Positions 12,501 through 26,408 of a stretch of 64,000 bases of DNA are shown here, piece after piece. Location: NCBI GenBank assembly GCA_051362555.1, contig CM120642.1, positions 62,001 through 126,000 on the forward strand. Reading direction: 5' to 3'. Every line of letters begins with the position of its first letter. Positions within the stretch are counted from its first letter, which is position 1. The translations under genes were made by a program, and so were the position numbers. A model generated the notes under the pieces. The model made no database searches and was not told where the DNA came from. It was given only the letters and a program-made list of their open reading frames with translations. Source of the DNA: Lingula anatina. Taxonomy: Eukaryota > Animalia > Brachiopoda.

Positions 12501-15500
12501 ACACAAATGTGTTTGTACATATAGCCGTCGCCTGTGTTTGTGTGTGTGTGACACAAATGTGTCTGTACATATAGCCGTCGCCTGTGTTTGTGTGTGTGTG
12601 ACACAAATGTGTCTGTACATATAGCCGTCGTCTGTGTTTGTGTGTGTGTGTGACACAAATGTGTCTGTACATATAGCCATCACCTGTGTTTGTGTGTGTG
12701 TGACACAAATGTGTCTGTACATATAGCCGTCACCTGTGTTTGTGTGTGTGTGACACAAATGTGTCTGTACATATAGCCATCACCTGTGTTTGTGTGTGTG
12801 TGTGACACAAATGTGTTTGTACATATAGCCGTCGCCTGTGTTTGTGTGTGTGTGACACAAATGTGTCTGTACATATAGCCATCACCTGTGTTTGTGTGTG
12901 TGTGACACAAATGTGTTTGTACATATAGCCGTCGCCTGTGTTTGTGTGTGTGTGACACAAATGTGTCTGTACATATAGCTGTCGTCTGTGTTTGTGTGTG
13001 TGTGTGACACAAATGTGTCTGTACATATAGCCGTCACCTGTGTTTGTGTGTGTGTGTGACACAAATGTGTCTGTACATATAGCCGTCGTCTGTGTTTGTG
13101 TGTGTGTGTGACACAAATGTGTCTGTACATATAGCCGTCGCCTGTGTTTGTACATATAGCCGTCGCCTGTGTTTGTGTGTGTGTGACACAAATGTGTCTG
13201 TACATATAGCCGTCACCTGTGTTTGTGTGTGTGTGACACAAATGTGTCTGTACATATAGCCGTCGTCTGTGTTTGTGTGTGTGTGTGTGACACAAATGTG
13301 TCTGTACATATAGCCGTCGCCTGTGTTTGTACATATAGCCGTCGCCTGTGTTTGTGTGTGTGTGACACAAATGTGTCTGTACATATAGCCGTCACCTGTG
13401 TTTGTGTGTGTGTGACACAAATGTGTCTGTGCATATAGCCGTCGTCTGTGTTTGTGTGTGTGTGACACAAATGTGTCTGTACATATAGCCGTCGTCTGTG
13501 TTTGTGTGTGTGTGTGACACAAATGTGTCTGTACATATAGCCGTCGCCTGTGTTTGTACATATAGCCGTCGCCTGTGTTTGTGTGTGTGTGACACAAATG
13601 TGTTTGTACATATAGCCGTCGCCTGTGTTTGTGTGTGTGTGACACAAATGTGTCTGTACATATAGCCGTCGCCTGTGTTTGTGTGTGTGTGACACAAATG
13701 TGTCTGTACATATAGCCGTCGTCTGTGTTTGTGTGTGTGTGTGACACAAATGTGTCTGTACATATAGCCGTCGTCTGTGTTTGTGTGTGTGTGTGACACA
13801 AATGTGTCTGTACATATAGCCATCACCTGTGTTTGTGTGTGTGTGACACAAATGTGTCTGTACATATAGCCGTCACCTGTGTTTGTGTGTGTGTGACACA
13901 AATGTGTCTGTACATATAGCCATCACCTGTGTTTGTGTGTGTGTGTGACACAAATGTGTTTGTACATATAGCCGTCGCCTGTGTTTGTGTGTGTGTGACA
14001 CAAATGTGTCTGTACATATAGCCATCACCTGTGTTTGTGTGTGTGTGACACAAATGTGTTTGTACATATAGCCGTCGCCTGTGTTTGTGTGTGTGTGACA
14101 CAAATGTGTCTGTACATATAGCCGTCGTCTGTGTTTGTGTGTGTGTGTGACACAAATGTGTCTGTACATATAGCCGTCACCTGTGTTTGTGTGTGTGTGT
14201 GACACAAATGTGTCTGTACATATAGCCGTCACCTGTGCTTGTGTGTGTGTGTGACACAAATGTGTCTGTACATATAGCCGTCACCTGTGTTTGTGTGTGT
14301 GTGACACAAATGTGTCTGTACATATAGCCGTCGTCTGTGTTTGTGTGTGTGTGTGACACAAATGTGTCTGTACATATAGCCGTCACCTGTGTTTGTGTGT
14401 GTGTGTGACACAAATGTGTCTGTACATATAGCCGTCGCCTGTGTTTGTGTGTGTGTGACACAAATGTGTCTGTACATATAGCCGTCGCCTGTGTTTGTGT
14501 GTGTGTGACACAAATGTGTCTGTACATATAGCCGTCGCCTGTGTTTGTGTGTGTGTGACACAAATGTGTCTGTACATATAGCCGTCGCCTGTGTTTGTGT
14601 GTGTGTGACACAAATGTGTCTGTACATATAGCCGTCACCTGTGTTTGTGTGTGTGTGACACAAATGTTTCTGTACATATAGCCGTCACCTGTGTTTGTGT
14701 GTGTGTGACACAAATGTGTCTGTACATATAGCCGTCGCCTGTGTTTGTGTGTGTGTGACACAAATGTGTCTGTACATATAGCCGTCACCTGTGTTTGTGT
14801 GTGTGTGACACAAATGTGTCTGTACATATAGCCGTCGTCTGTGTTTGTGTGTGTGTGTGACACAAATGTGTCTGTACATATAGCCGTCACCTGTGTTTGT
14901 GTGTGTGTGACACAAATGTGTCTGTACATATAGCCGTCGTCTGTGTTTGTGTGTGTGTGTGACACAAATGTGTCTGTACATATAGCCGTCACCTGTGTTT
15001 GTGTGTGTGTGTGTGACACAAATGTTTCTGTACATATAGCCGTCACCTGTGTTTGTGTGTGTGTGACACAAATGTGTCTGTACATATAGCCGTCGTCTGT
15101 GTTAGTGTGTGTGTGTGACACAAATGTGTCTGTACATATAGCCGTCACCTGTGTTTGTGTGTGTGTGTGACACAAATGTGTCTGTACATATAGCCGTCAC
15201 CTGTGTTTGTGTGTGTGTGACACAAATGTGTCTGTACATATAGCCGTCACCTGTGTTTGTGTGTGTGTGACACAAATGTGTTTGTACATATAGCCGTCGC
15301 CTGTGTTTGAGTGTGTGTGTGACACAAATGTGTCTGTACATATAGCCGTCGCCTGTGTTTGTGTGTGTGTGTGTGACATAAATGTGTCTGTACATATAGC
15401 CGTCGCCTGTGTTTGTGTGTGTGTGACACAAATGTGTCTGTACATATAGCCGTCGCCTGTGTTTGTGTGTGTGTGTGACACAAATGTGTCTGTACATATA

Positions 15501-17755
15501 GCCGTCGCCTGTGTTTGTGTGTGTGTGACACAAATGTGTCTGTACATATAGCCGTCGTCTGTGTTTGTGTGTGTGTGACACAAATGTGTCTGTACATATA
15601 GCCGTCGTCTGTGTTTGTGTGTGTGTGACACAAATGTGTCTGTACATATAGCCATCACCTGTGTTTGTGTGTGTGTGTGACACAAATGTGTCTGTACATA
15701 TAGCCGTCGTCTGTGTTTGTGTGTGTGTGTGTGTGTGACACAAATGTGTCTGTACATATAGCCGTCGCCTGTGTTTGTGTGTGTGTGACACAAATGTGTC
15801 TGTACATATAGCCGTCGCCTGTGTTTGTGTGTGTGTGACACAAATATGTCTGTACATATAGCCGTCGTCTGTGTTTGTGTGTGTGTGACACAAATGTGTT
15901 TGTACATATAGCCGTCGCCTGTGTTTGTGTGTGTGTGACACAAATGTGTTTGTACATATAGCCGTCACCTGTGTTTGTGTGTGTGTGTGACACAAATGTG
16001 TCTGTACATATAGCCATCACCTGTGTTTGTGTGTGTGTGTGACACAAATGTGTTTGTACATATAGCCGTCGCCTGTGTTTGTGTGTGTGTGACACAAATG
16101 TGTCTGTACATATAGCCGTCGCCTGTGTTTGTGTGTGTGTGACACAAATGTGTCTGTACATATAGCCGTCGCCTGTGTTTGTGTGTGTGTGACACAAATG
16201 TGTCTGTACATATAGCCGTCGCCTGTGTTTGTGTGTGTGTGACACAAATGTGTCTGTACATATAGCCGTCGTCTGTGTTTGTGTGTGTGTGTGACACAAA
16301 TGTGTCTGTACATATAGCCATCACCTGTGTTTGTGTGTGTGTGTGACACAAATGTGTTTGTACATATAGCCGTCACCTGTGTTTGTGTGTGTGTGTGACA
16401 CAAATGTGTCTGTACATATAGCCGTCGCCTGTGTTTGTGTGTGTGTGACACAAATGTGTCTGTACATATAGCCGTCACCTGTGTTTGTGTGTGTGTGTGA
16501 CACAAATGTGTCTGTACATATAGCCGTCACCTGTGTTTGTGTGTGTGTGACACAAATGTGTCTGTACATATAGCCATCACCTGTGTTTGTGTGTGTGTGA
16601 CACAAATGTGTCTGTACATATAGCCGTCACCTGTGTTTGTGTGTGTGTGACACAAATGTGTTTGTACATATAGCCGTCACCTGTGTTTGTGTGTGTGTGA
16701 CACAAATTTGTCTGTACATATAGCCGTCGCCTGTGTTTGGCGTAGTTGTCATCGTCGCCGTCGCCGTGCACTTTCACCGATAACACGATAAGTGGAAAAC
16801 CATTTTACTTTTTGGATTGAAACTTACAGAACTGATGAATATTCATAATACGCAGGTCAAGTTTAAAAATCAGCCTGATCGTACCATTTCCCAATTGTAT
16901 GCTTTTTTCGCTTTTTAGGATATTTTATCCGCTGTTTTACAAATGAAATGAAATGAAAACCATGTCATAATTTGCTTTAAAACTTGCAGGACTGATTCAA
17001 ATCTCTGATATATAGATCAAGTTCGAATATTAGATTGATTACTTTTTTTTGTTGAAGTTACATGTATGGTGGCTTTTCCTCATATTCAATTCTCAGGCAT
17101 GTAAACAGTCTCAGTATTGAACTTATTATATTTGTAAAAGTGTTCTTTGACATTTTCTGCATCTCAACAATTCTGTTAGTTGATTGTATAAAAGTATGGC
17201 AAATCTGTCATCGTGTATTGTGTAATAAAGAGTCAAATCAGTGTAGTTTGTCAGATTCAATTCCTCATTATTTTCGGAATCTCAGAATGGAGCAAATTGG
17301 GCATTTAAATTGTTCTATTGATATTTTACCATCTTAAAAAAATAATCAATTATTTAAAATGAAAATAAATTTCTTATTGTATATTATTTAATAAGTGTTG
17401 AAAATGAAAATCACACATTTCAGTGCTTGTGTACATATTTGCATTTTAACGTGTGAGTTTTCATGGGCCTGAAGACCAAGGCTGGTCACGTTTTTAAAAT
17501 ATCTATGTTACCTGCAGTGCATAATTTAAAACTAGTGATGATTATAAGCTGTTAAGTATTAAGTAACGCTGCATCAAAATTGATAAAAATATTTTGTGCA
17601 CTGCCACTGCAAATGCTCTAAAAGGCAAATTGTGTTACTTACTATTTAGTAATTTCCAAGAATGATTGGCATACAGCTCAAATTGGCAAACCAACTTGAC
17701 TGGATTATTTTTCCTTCTTGTTGTCTGTACATTTGACAGCTTCGCTGTCTTTTGG
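9592..17755 (-). mobile_element. Helentron/HINE-like non-autonomous element (family A) whose 3' end has expanded into the satellite
   Basis: 17721-17755 is the reverse complement of the family-A 5' end (ACAAGGCAGCAAAGCTGTCAAATGTACAGACAA at 38397 and 40407). 16740-16900 is the reverse complement of the 161-bp core plus GGCGAC microsatellite seen at 42200-42420. The element ends in an A-run on the minus strand at ~9592. Confidence 0.8.
9598..16738. repeat. 7.1 kb satellite, ~50-52 bp unit (~140 copies) with 27-bp truncated subunits and ~1.14 kb higher-order blocks
   Basis: Unit (TG)n-ACACAAATGTGTCTGTACATATAGCCGTCGCCTGTGTT, read directly. Variant patterns recur at offsets of ~1141-1143 bp (for example the ORF pair 11589..12050 and 12730..13191). 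Confidence 0.97.
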
Positions 17756-18983
17756 GGCACTGAAATGTATTATCACACACAAATATTGTGCACTCATAAA
17801 TGGACACTCCTGCCTCGTACTCATGACGTCAGTTCAGGAACTATTTGTCATATGGCAGAGGTGACAGCCATGCGACTGGTAATGGCGCATTGCCATCGCC
17901 TGAGATCGTATCAGCCACGGCTTGTACGGTTGGGTAGCACTTAGGCAGGAGAATTGATTCTCAACACTCTGTGGTGTCTGCTGTGTTATAGTTTCTCAGT
18001 GCACAAATATCGTGCTATGCTGCACGTACGGCTGGTCCATATACCGCCTGGATTGACACATGAACAATAATTGCACGCCAATGCAGAAAAATTCTCACGC
18101 TTCTTTTTTCACTAATGCAATAACATAATAGCTTTATTAGTCCAGTCTCAATCTCAATCAATACGGAATCTGTGCCGAACCCTAAGTACCGTTTTTTTCC
18201 CTGTATTGAAAGGCTTGACTTTTTACAAACTTTAAATTCTCGAGTTCATCAAAATATAAAATAATTCTTACCAGTGTAATTTGTTTTGCTGTAAACCTTC
18301 AAACCCTCTCCCAAAATGGGAACATTTAATTCGAAAAAAATCGTCTCACTCTGTCATATAAACCCTAGTTACAGAAATTATCATGCTGACCAATGACGGG
18401 GTAGAGATCTCAGGAGTAGGAGAAAAATAGATCTGACCACCTGTTTATAATGAGATCATACTTATTAACTGTTTATAATGAGATCTTGCTTACTGTTCAT
18501 AATTAGGTCTGAATATCTGTTTATGATGAGATGTAGCTAACTGTTTATGATGAGACCTGACTTACAGTTTATCACGAGATATGACTAACATTTAATAAGG
18601 AAATCTGATTAACATTATATCAATGACATTTGTGTGTATTGTCATCGAGGGCCCTTACGTTGAATTATTAACACGGCAACGCCATTCACCGTGTCATAAA
18701 ATAGAAACCCATCTGTGAATTCTAATTCTTAAGTCTTATTTATTTTCTTTAATAATCTTCAATTATCTTGAAAACGTATGATTTGTAAATAAGAGCATAT
18801 ATCAAATATAAAAGAAAAAGGTTAATTTCGAGCATTTACATTATATTACACTAAAACAATATATTAAGATCAACTACATTTTAACAAACACGAGTCGATT
18901 TCCTGGGTGATCGTAGAATGCGCGTCTTGGTAGTAAGTATAGATATAGGCAATATCACGAAACTTGCACTTCCATTTTTGACA

Positions 18984-19131
18984 ACAGTGTCTGCGTACAG
19001 AACAGGAATTTAGTGTCTTTCTTTTCAAGCTCCCGGTTTCCAAGCTGATCTCAATGCACAGTGTCTGCGTACAGAACAGGAATTTAGTGTCTTGCTTTTC
19101 AAGCTCCCGGTTTCCAAGCTGATCTCAATGC
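18984..19131. repeat. 74-bp tandem duplication
   Basis: ACAGTGTCTGCGTACAGAACAGG...GATCTCAATGC occurs twice with one mismatch. Confidence 0.85.
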
Positions 19132-21018
19132 AATCAACAGAGCCTGCTGGCACATTAGCCGTCTCAACTATCGCATTTAACATGAAACGTTAACTTGTGA
19201 CCAGATCAAAAAAATCTTTACAAACTCCATGAATAGAAGCAGGATGTTATTTTTGACAAATATTTTTTTTTACATATTTGGCAGCAATAATCTGGAAAAT
19301 ATAATAATGGTAATTTGCCATGATTTAGCTACAATATGTATGTGCGTGCGGAGTGTAAACATTGATTCAAATAAAGAAATGTGGATTAAAGGGATAGTAA
19401 CTCTTCGTTTTGGCCAAAAAATGAATTTTCCTGGAGTAAACAACAATTTTCCCATAATTACTAATTTTTACATTCAAAGTTAGTCCCTGTTTTTTTTCCT
19501 AAAGAGTTTTGTTTTTAGCCATCAATGGAGGTCACTTGGTCTACAGACAAGCTCAGATATCAGAATAATAGCTATAACTGCCCTTTTTGTGGTACAATAG
19601 AATATATTATATTTCACAATGTTTTTATTGTGAAATATAGATCTCATACGGAGAGTTATTATCCCCTTTAATATAGCATGCATAATGTAAAACATACCAG
19701 AATTATCACTGTCCTCAACGTACCTCGTTCTTTGGAGTTCAAACCCCTTGATTATGAAAATCAAAGCAGTAAAGTTATCACCAACGGAGAAGACTTGGTT
19801 CACCACTCCCGACCACTCCTCGGTAAACAGATTAGGTCAACATCCCCGGTAATTTCATTTATGGCAAATGTTTTTCCGTGACAAAGATGTCTCTAACGCC
19901 AACAGTGACATTGAGCCGGGGATAAGTCAATTGTTTCATTTGTCTGTCTCAACTTGAAGGCTATGATTTGTGCGAGCTACTTGATTGTGCATTTCCATTT
20001 TTATTCACAATTCCCTGGAGTTCGACAGAAGAGGAGAGCGTATCCGGATTCAGAGTGGCACTCAGGATATGGATCAATCTAATGAGAAACGGTCTTTTGT
20101 ACCAGTGGCATATTGGGAACCTTTTTTTTATCAAGGTCAAGGTGTCTACAGCAGTATGAGGGGCTACTAGGACGCAGGGAGATGCTTACTTTCTGCTTAG
20201 GAACCAAGGCTCTGTATTGTGTAAGACTGCCATCCCAGCCACTGACCTGAAAGCTGATAATGGGACTGTTGGTAGTAATATCACATGATAACTGTTTATA
20301 TGTGTACACGACTTCCAGCTCAATTCAAAGTGAACAATCGATTGTCTCTGCCGTTATTATTGCGACCATGGCTTTGTAAGGGGTAAAGCACTCCTACTTC
20401 TCCTTGGATGTTGTAAGTGAAGACAGGGTCACAGAGTTACCCGTGACGTGAATAATCGAGCTAAATAATCGAAAGCCAGAGGTCGTCGAGCAGCGCCATT
20501 TGTGAACCACATTCTAATTATTGGCTTATTACCACTTGAGATAACGTTACATTGAATCTTTTGATATGTTCAGGTCTTCAATCCTGGGAGTACGGCTTGG
20601 GGGAGAGACTAAACGCACCGTCTGAGCATTAATTGTGTGTATTACGTGAATGAACACATTAATAAGACAAAAACAGCAAGATAGGAAATTATCAATCCAT
20701 ATGATTGAACTAATTTCACGAACGCCAAGGGTACTTCACACTCATCAATTGTTAATCGATACGTTTTACGCTGTGCTCATTTTGGTTGATAATTAACACA
20801 CTCTAATGTTGAAAAGCAGGCTTTTCTGTTCACCTGATTAAAAGTGCCGTTTTAAATGGAGGAAAAGATTGACACCATGATAACGGCATTAACAGCAGAG
20901 AACTACAAGTCAGACAAGCTGAGTCGGCCATATCAAGAGCACGGATTCTCCCGCAGCCTCCACTTACACACGTATCCTATGTTCTCAGAACTCTGAACCG
21001 CATTTTCATGATAGAAAT

Positions 21019-24000
21019 ATGGCATTTGTGCACCAAATGTGCCGCCGTCTAAACTCTAAGACTCTCTGGTATCAGCAAGCTCTCAATGTCGGAAGAATAT
21101 CTATACTAGTTATTGGAGCTGTAACTGTTCTGACACTGTGTCTTCTGATTCCCTTTCAGTACACTGATGTTTGTCGTGGGCCATGCCAATGCACGGAGCA
21201 GTCCATCACGTGTCAGGAAGGGGTGGGAGGGGTGAAAGACGGCTGTAATTGCTGTTTTATTTGCGCCCGTCAACAAGGAGAGACCTGTAACAAAAGGGAC
21301 ATATGTGACGAGGCTAAAGGACTCACGTGTGACACAACATTCGGAGATGGCACCAATGGACGCGGGATATGTAGAGGTACGTAGAAATATTGGTTAATGT
21401 TACGTTTATCGGTTCTAAATATGCACGGTTTCTGCAAACTCTGTCATATGCTCCCAGCACAAAAACACACACACACATCTTTTGTGTGAATAAAATGCCA
21501 AAACGGACCCCAAATGTTTATTAAAACTACAGTGTTTATGTCGTCTTTGCCTAAACTAGCGGTGTAATTGTTTCAGCAAAAGAAGCCAAATCCTGTGAAG
21601 TTGACGGCAAGGTCCACGAGGATGGTTCCCAGTGGTACAAAGACTGCCGCACTATGTGCACATGCCAGAATGGTAACTACGGCTGTGTCTCTGTATGTCC
21701 ACAAGAACAGACCAAACCCACCAACCCCAACTGTCAGCTGGTCACAGTCAGAGGCAAGTGCTGCAGGGAATGGATGTGTCACGTTCCCAGAGCCAGGATA
21801 CGGCAGCCGCCGCCAACCAAATCTGACTATCAGAACACAGAGGAAATTGTACGAGGTATTTACTATAGAAAGATGTTCACAGCCCACTGTTAGAATAGTT
21901 TATTAGTAACTATGTAAAAAACGTTCCTGTAGCAAACGTTTCCAAAGCAGACATACAAGTATAGCGCAGGTCTGGTAATTATGTACCCCGGCCTCTTTCA
22001 AACAAGTTTTCTGAACATGACTTCTAGCACAGATTCTTCTACCAATAAATGCCCAGTCATTGTTAAATCAAACGTTTCCTGCCCACTGTCGGTCTGTGTC
22101 AGTCGTGGGATCAGGGTCGTTGTACCTTTATGACCTTCATTGCTAAGTGCAGCATTGATTGTGCACGTATCATTGGCACTGTATGGCCTAACTCGGGTTA
22201 GACCACGAGGCAAAGCTTCATGACACCCGTTTCAGGTTAAAGTACAGTGAATAGTAAATGTTTCTGTTGCACAAGCTCGTCTATTGGTTTTTCTCCACAA
22301 TACTGACGGGTGACTGCAACAACAGGATGAGAGCATAAAATCAGGCCAAAAATGGCCAAGATATATAAGGTGGGAAGTTTGGGTGTAGGGGTGTTCTACC
22401 ACAAATTGTCCATTTCTGACGCTGAGGAATTAAGCAAACACAATCCTTAGCCAAGAGCCTGCTTAGAAAAGTCTTATGTGACGATAATTTATTTACACAA
22501 TTGTCCATTCTGCCAATGTATGGCGTGCCAAAACGACAATTCTCTTTATTACTGTGACTTCAGAAGAAAACAAGATTTACATTAGACCTTTCCCTCATGG
22601 TCCCCTCTTGCAAATGTTCCCTATCACTTACCATACATTTCACAAAGGTCGCTCCTTACACGTCATACAGGCAGTTCCTTACAAGTCAAATTGCGCTTAT
22701 TTATTTTGAGTGTAATGTGTGTTAACGAGACAACCTGTCAGGACTCCCTACTTATGCAACGTGATTTTGGTTTGGAGGTCAGTTTAATCTCCTTGAACAT
22801 AGCAGATGTACCATCACAGATCATAACACCCCCCACTGTCACTGGATAGACCGCTAATGTGACATTAGTAGCGGCGTACGCGTGTGTGACAGCATCAGTA
22901 CTCTTTAACTCACTGGAATATGTAACCTAGCCCGACACATCCTCTATGCTTCAAACACCAACTAAATTAACTTAGCAAATTACCATAATCAAACTCTACT
23001 CTGGTTTCTCTGACAGGATTATGTGGACTAAATTGGCGTTTAATACATCCTTCTTGCTCATCACTTCACGTGTCTGCTTTAAGGAACTTGTTATTTTGCC
23101 AACCATACAAAGTGTCAGGATATAGTCTGTTAGATAAGTGAGAGGAGAGGATGTTGCCATCAGCTATCTGAAGATTAACCTCGGAATAAAACTAGTTTCG
23201 GAATTGATGGTCTGAGGTAACCTTGTGTGTGGTTGTGATTTGATCCCGCTTAGTTCCGTAGCTGATATGTGAATAACCGTGATCGCGCATGTGTGGCAGG
23301 AATGGTAGTCCTAGGAATGAAGTCCTGAGTCCCATGTGATTACTACAGGTTTGGGCTAGTCAATATGACAGGAATTATAGTCCTAGGAATGAATGTCCGG
23401 GGGCCCATATGATAAATGCAGGTTTGGGTGAGTCGGAGTATAGGGGATTAAATATGGGACGCATGTCACCTGTATAAACTAATGGGGAACGGACTATGGT
23501 TCCTAGCAGACTTCAATTCCTGTCACACCTGTATAAACTAATGGGGAACGGACTATGGTTCCTAGCAGACTTCAATTCCTGTCACACCTGTATAAACTAA
23601 TGGGGAACGGACTATGGTTCCTAGCAGACTTCAATTCCTGTCACACCTGTATAAACTAATGGGGAACGGACTATGGTTCCTAGCAGACTTCAATTCCTGT
23701 CACACCTGTATAAACTAATGGGGAACGGACTATGGTTCCTAGCAGACTTCAATTCCTGTCACACAGGCACTTATCATTTAAATGCTGCTATTAAAATTTC
23801 TCCTGAAGAGAGCTGTCAATAGAAAGGTTTTTACTTTAAGCCAAAGCACAGCAGCTGTGCGGTGCGGCTTTGTCTGGTGTGGGAGCTGCAGTACTGTAAA
23901 CTGCGGAAATCTTAGAAGACTGTTAAAATCTTTTTAGTAATGGATTTGCCCTAGTTAATGTCCTGCCAATCCTTTGCCCTCAGATCACATATATATACAA

Positions 24001-25595
24001 ATATAGTTTTATGTAAATAACAGGAACAGAAAAACAAACGTCTACAAATTGTACTATTGCTGATTTTATTCTCTGTCGTCTTTTTATCAGTACTGTGTTT
24101 TGTAAGGAAATTAAAAATCTCTAGTGGTTGTTAGCCCATGTGAAGTTGGGCACATTTTAGAAGAACTGGATCGAGTGTCGTTTCCATCGGGATTTTGAAT
24201 TAGCTCCCCTTGTGTTTATGGAAGTCGCAGATAGCTCCAAAATTGAGTTACAATCGATTTTTTTTTCAACAAAGGGTTGGTTCATTGCCATATCTGTAAG
24301 GATACCAGTGTAAGCTCCAGAGCGCACTCTCTCCCTTACCTCTTATCTACATACCAACACACTGGAACTGGCGCTGTCTATTCTCACTGCGCACATTACA
24401 AAACCAGATTTGTTTTCTTAACACCCTCCGTATTCACCAAACTTTTTTGTTTTTTCTATTCACCAATAATTTTACAGAGACATTACACATTTTCAAGATC
24501 TGATGGAAACTCCCCTTTCTTGCCCGTTCTCCTATGACGCCATTTGGCTATGTTTTTACAGAACTATCAAATATATTGCCTTGGTACATAGGCCTATGTT
24601 TATTTTCTTACAGAAGGCAACTGCTCTCCTTGTTGAAGTGATTTGGCTTGTACCAGTCGCAAATGTACACTTCACGTTCATTTCTACGTTTCAGAGCCGT
24701 CGTCACCTCCAAACCGGAAATGTAACCTAATGACGTCATCCTGGAGCGCGTGTTCCAAAACATGTGGTTACGGAATCTCGGTCAGAGAGAGCAACGACAA
24801 CGCTGAGTGCAAGACAGTCCAGCAGCAACGAATTTGCATTTTCAGGACTTGCGATTTGCCCGATAAAAAGTTGGTAGGTGGTCACATATATTAGGGAGCA
24901 AAGACTGATAGTAGCTTGTAAATAGGCTTGTAAAGTGCAGCTTGATTAGAAAGGTATTTCGATATCAGAATGGACTTTCGCATTAATATAAGTACAGGGG
25001 AGTTTCAGATTGTTTTAACAATGGCGATAGCTTTCTGTGCCTGTCACGTACATATAAATAATACAAAATAGGTCATTGTTAATGTCTAAATATTTTGCAC
25101 CTTATCTTATGTGGACGGCCGTGAAGACTGTCTGCCAAGCGTACGTGCTGATGTAAGTCATGAAAACTGAGAGGCGGAGCATCCGCACGATAACTAATTT
25201 TCCCGATGAGTATCACGATTTATCTCACTTTCTTCTCTTACTTATTTATTTCTCTTTACATCCAGAGAGGAAAGACGTGCAAGGCAACTTTTAAAGCGGA
25301 GAAGTCTGCGAAGCTTACCTACAAGAACTGCACGACTACCAGGGCTTACCGGCCAAGGTACTGCGCCTCCTGTAAACGCCATCGGAACTGTATTCCCGTC
25401 AAGGACAAGACAGTCACCCTGGAGTTTGAGTGCGAGAAGGGAAGGCTGACGACATTGAGCTATATGTGGATTAAAAAGTGTAAATGTCTACATTCGAACC
25501 CATTACTTGCCAGAAAAGGCTGGAAAAAGAAACTGAGAAAGGATAAAAAGAGAAAGAAGACCAGATTGATGACGGATATAAACGAAACTGCTTGA
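21019..25595 (+). CDS. CCN-family (CYR61/CTGF/NOV-like) matricellular protein, 4 coding exons, ~381 aa
   Basis: Exons 21019-21376, 21577-21855, 24695-24873, 25266-25595 with GT-AG introns in phases 1,1,0. Exon 1 has a hydrophobic stretch and a 12-Cys IGFBP module (DGCNCCFICARQQGETC). Exon 2 is VWC (CTCQNGNYGCVSVCP...GKCCREWMC), exon 3 is TSP1 (WSACSKTCGYGISVRESNDNAEC), and exon 4 is the cystine knot (YRPRYCASC...FEC...MWIKKCKC). A specific vertebrate paralogue cannot be assigned. Confidence 0.93.
23465..23764. repeat. 59-bp x 5 minisatellite in CCN intron 2
   Basis: TGTCACACCTGTATAAACTAATGGGGAACGGACTATGGTTCCTAGCAGACTTCAATTCC repeated. Confidence 0.93.
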
Positions 25596-26408
25596 TGAAA
25601 AGCTGTACATGGATCTGTAGAGCTTGGTTTTTACGTTATTAATGACGAAAATTAAGACAGCAAGGCTCTATAGTACCGTATGTATAGATATAAGTATATA
25701 GACATATATTTACAAACAAACATTTATGTAAAGGGCCGCTTTGTGCATTAGAAAAAGGCTGATATAAGATAATAGCCTAATGATAATGGCAATCATTCAA
25801 TGTTTAGTAAGCACAGTTTGAAGGAGTTTCAGACTACATTACATTCTTTTCAACGAGATTAAGATAAAAGTTTGTTTGTTTATACTTAAAGCAATGTTTG
25901 ACCATTGTTACAGTAGCTGATGTATTATATTTAGATAGCTGATGTATATTTAGATAGCTGTTGTATATTTAGATAGCTGTTGAGCAATACCTGTCAAAAA
26001 TAGTAATGAATAAAAAATGGAAATGAGAGTTGAATTACAGTAGTAATTGATATCAATGTAATTCCTTTCAATTTCAAATGTTTTCCCGCATTTTGAAACG
26101 TAAATGGTAACAGATTTTACAACACACCGAATGACAGCGGAGCCTTGAAAAAGTTGCAATTGTTTATAACTTCAAAACTTGTAATTATATATGTATTACT
26201 TCGAAAACTTATAATAACAAATAACATCATTTTGCGTTCTTTTTCACTTGTTTTATATGGTTTGGATAAATTATTTGAAATGCATGAAAAACGCAGATTA
26301 ACGCTATGGAAACAACTTGTACAATTGAGCAAAAATGTTCATTAGCTTGGTAGTTGTACCATAAACATGAAAATTATCAAACACAAGGCGAAATATTTTC
26401 GTAGCTTA

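Noticed and set aside
9581-16786. Dozens of His/Thr/Cys-rich ORFs up to 499 aa (MCHTHTNTGDGY...)
   Set aside because: They are translations of a stop-poor satellite in all frames, with a unit length that is not a constant multiple of 3, no splice context, and a clear TE-terminus origin.
21568-21906. 112-aa ORF overlapping CCN exon 2
   Set aside because: It is an alternative frame. The VWC domain is in the frame of ORF 21654..21893.
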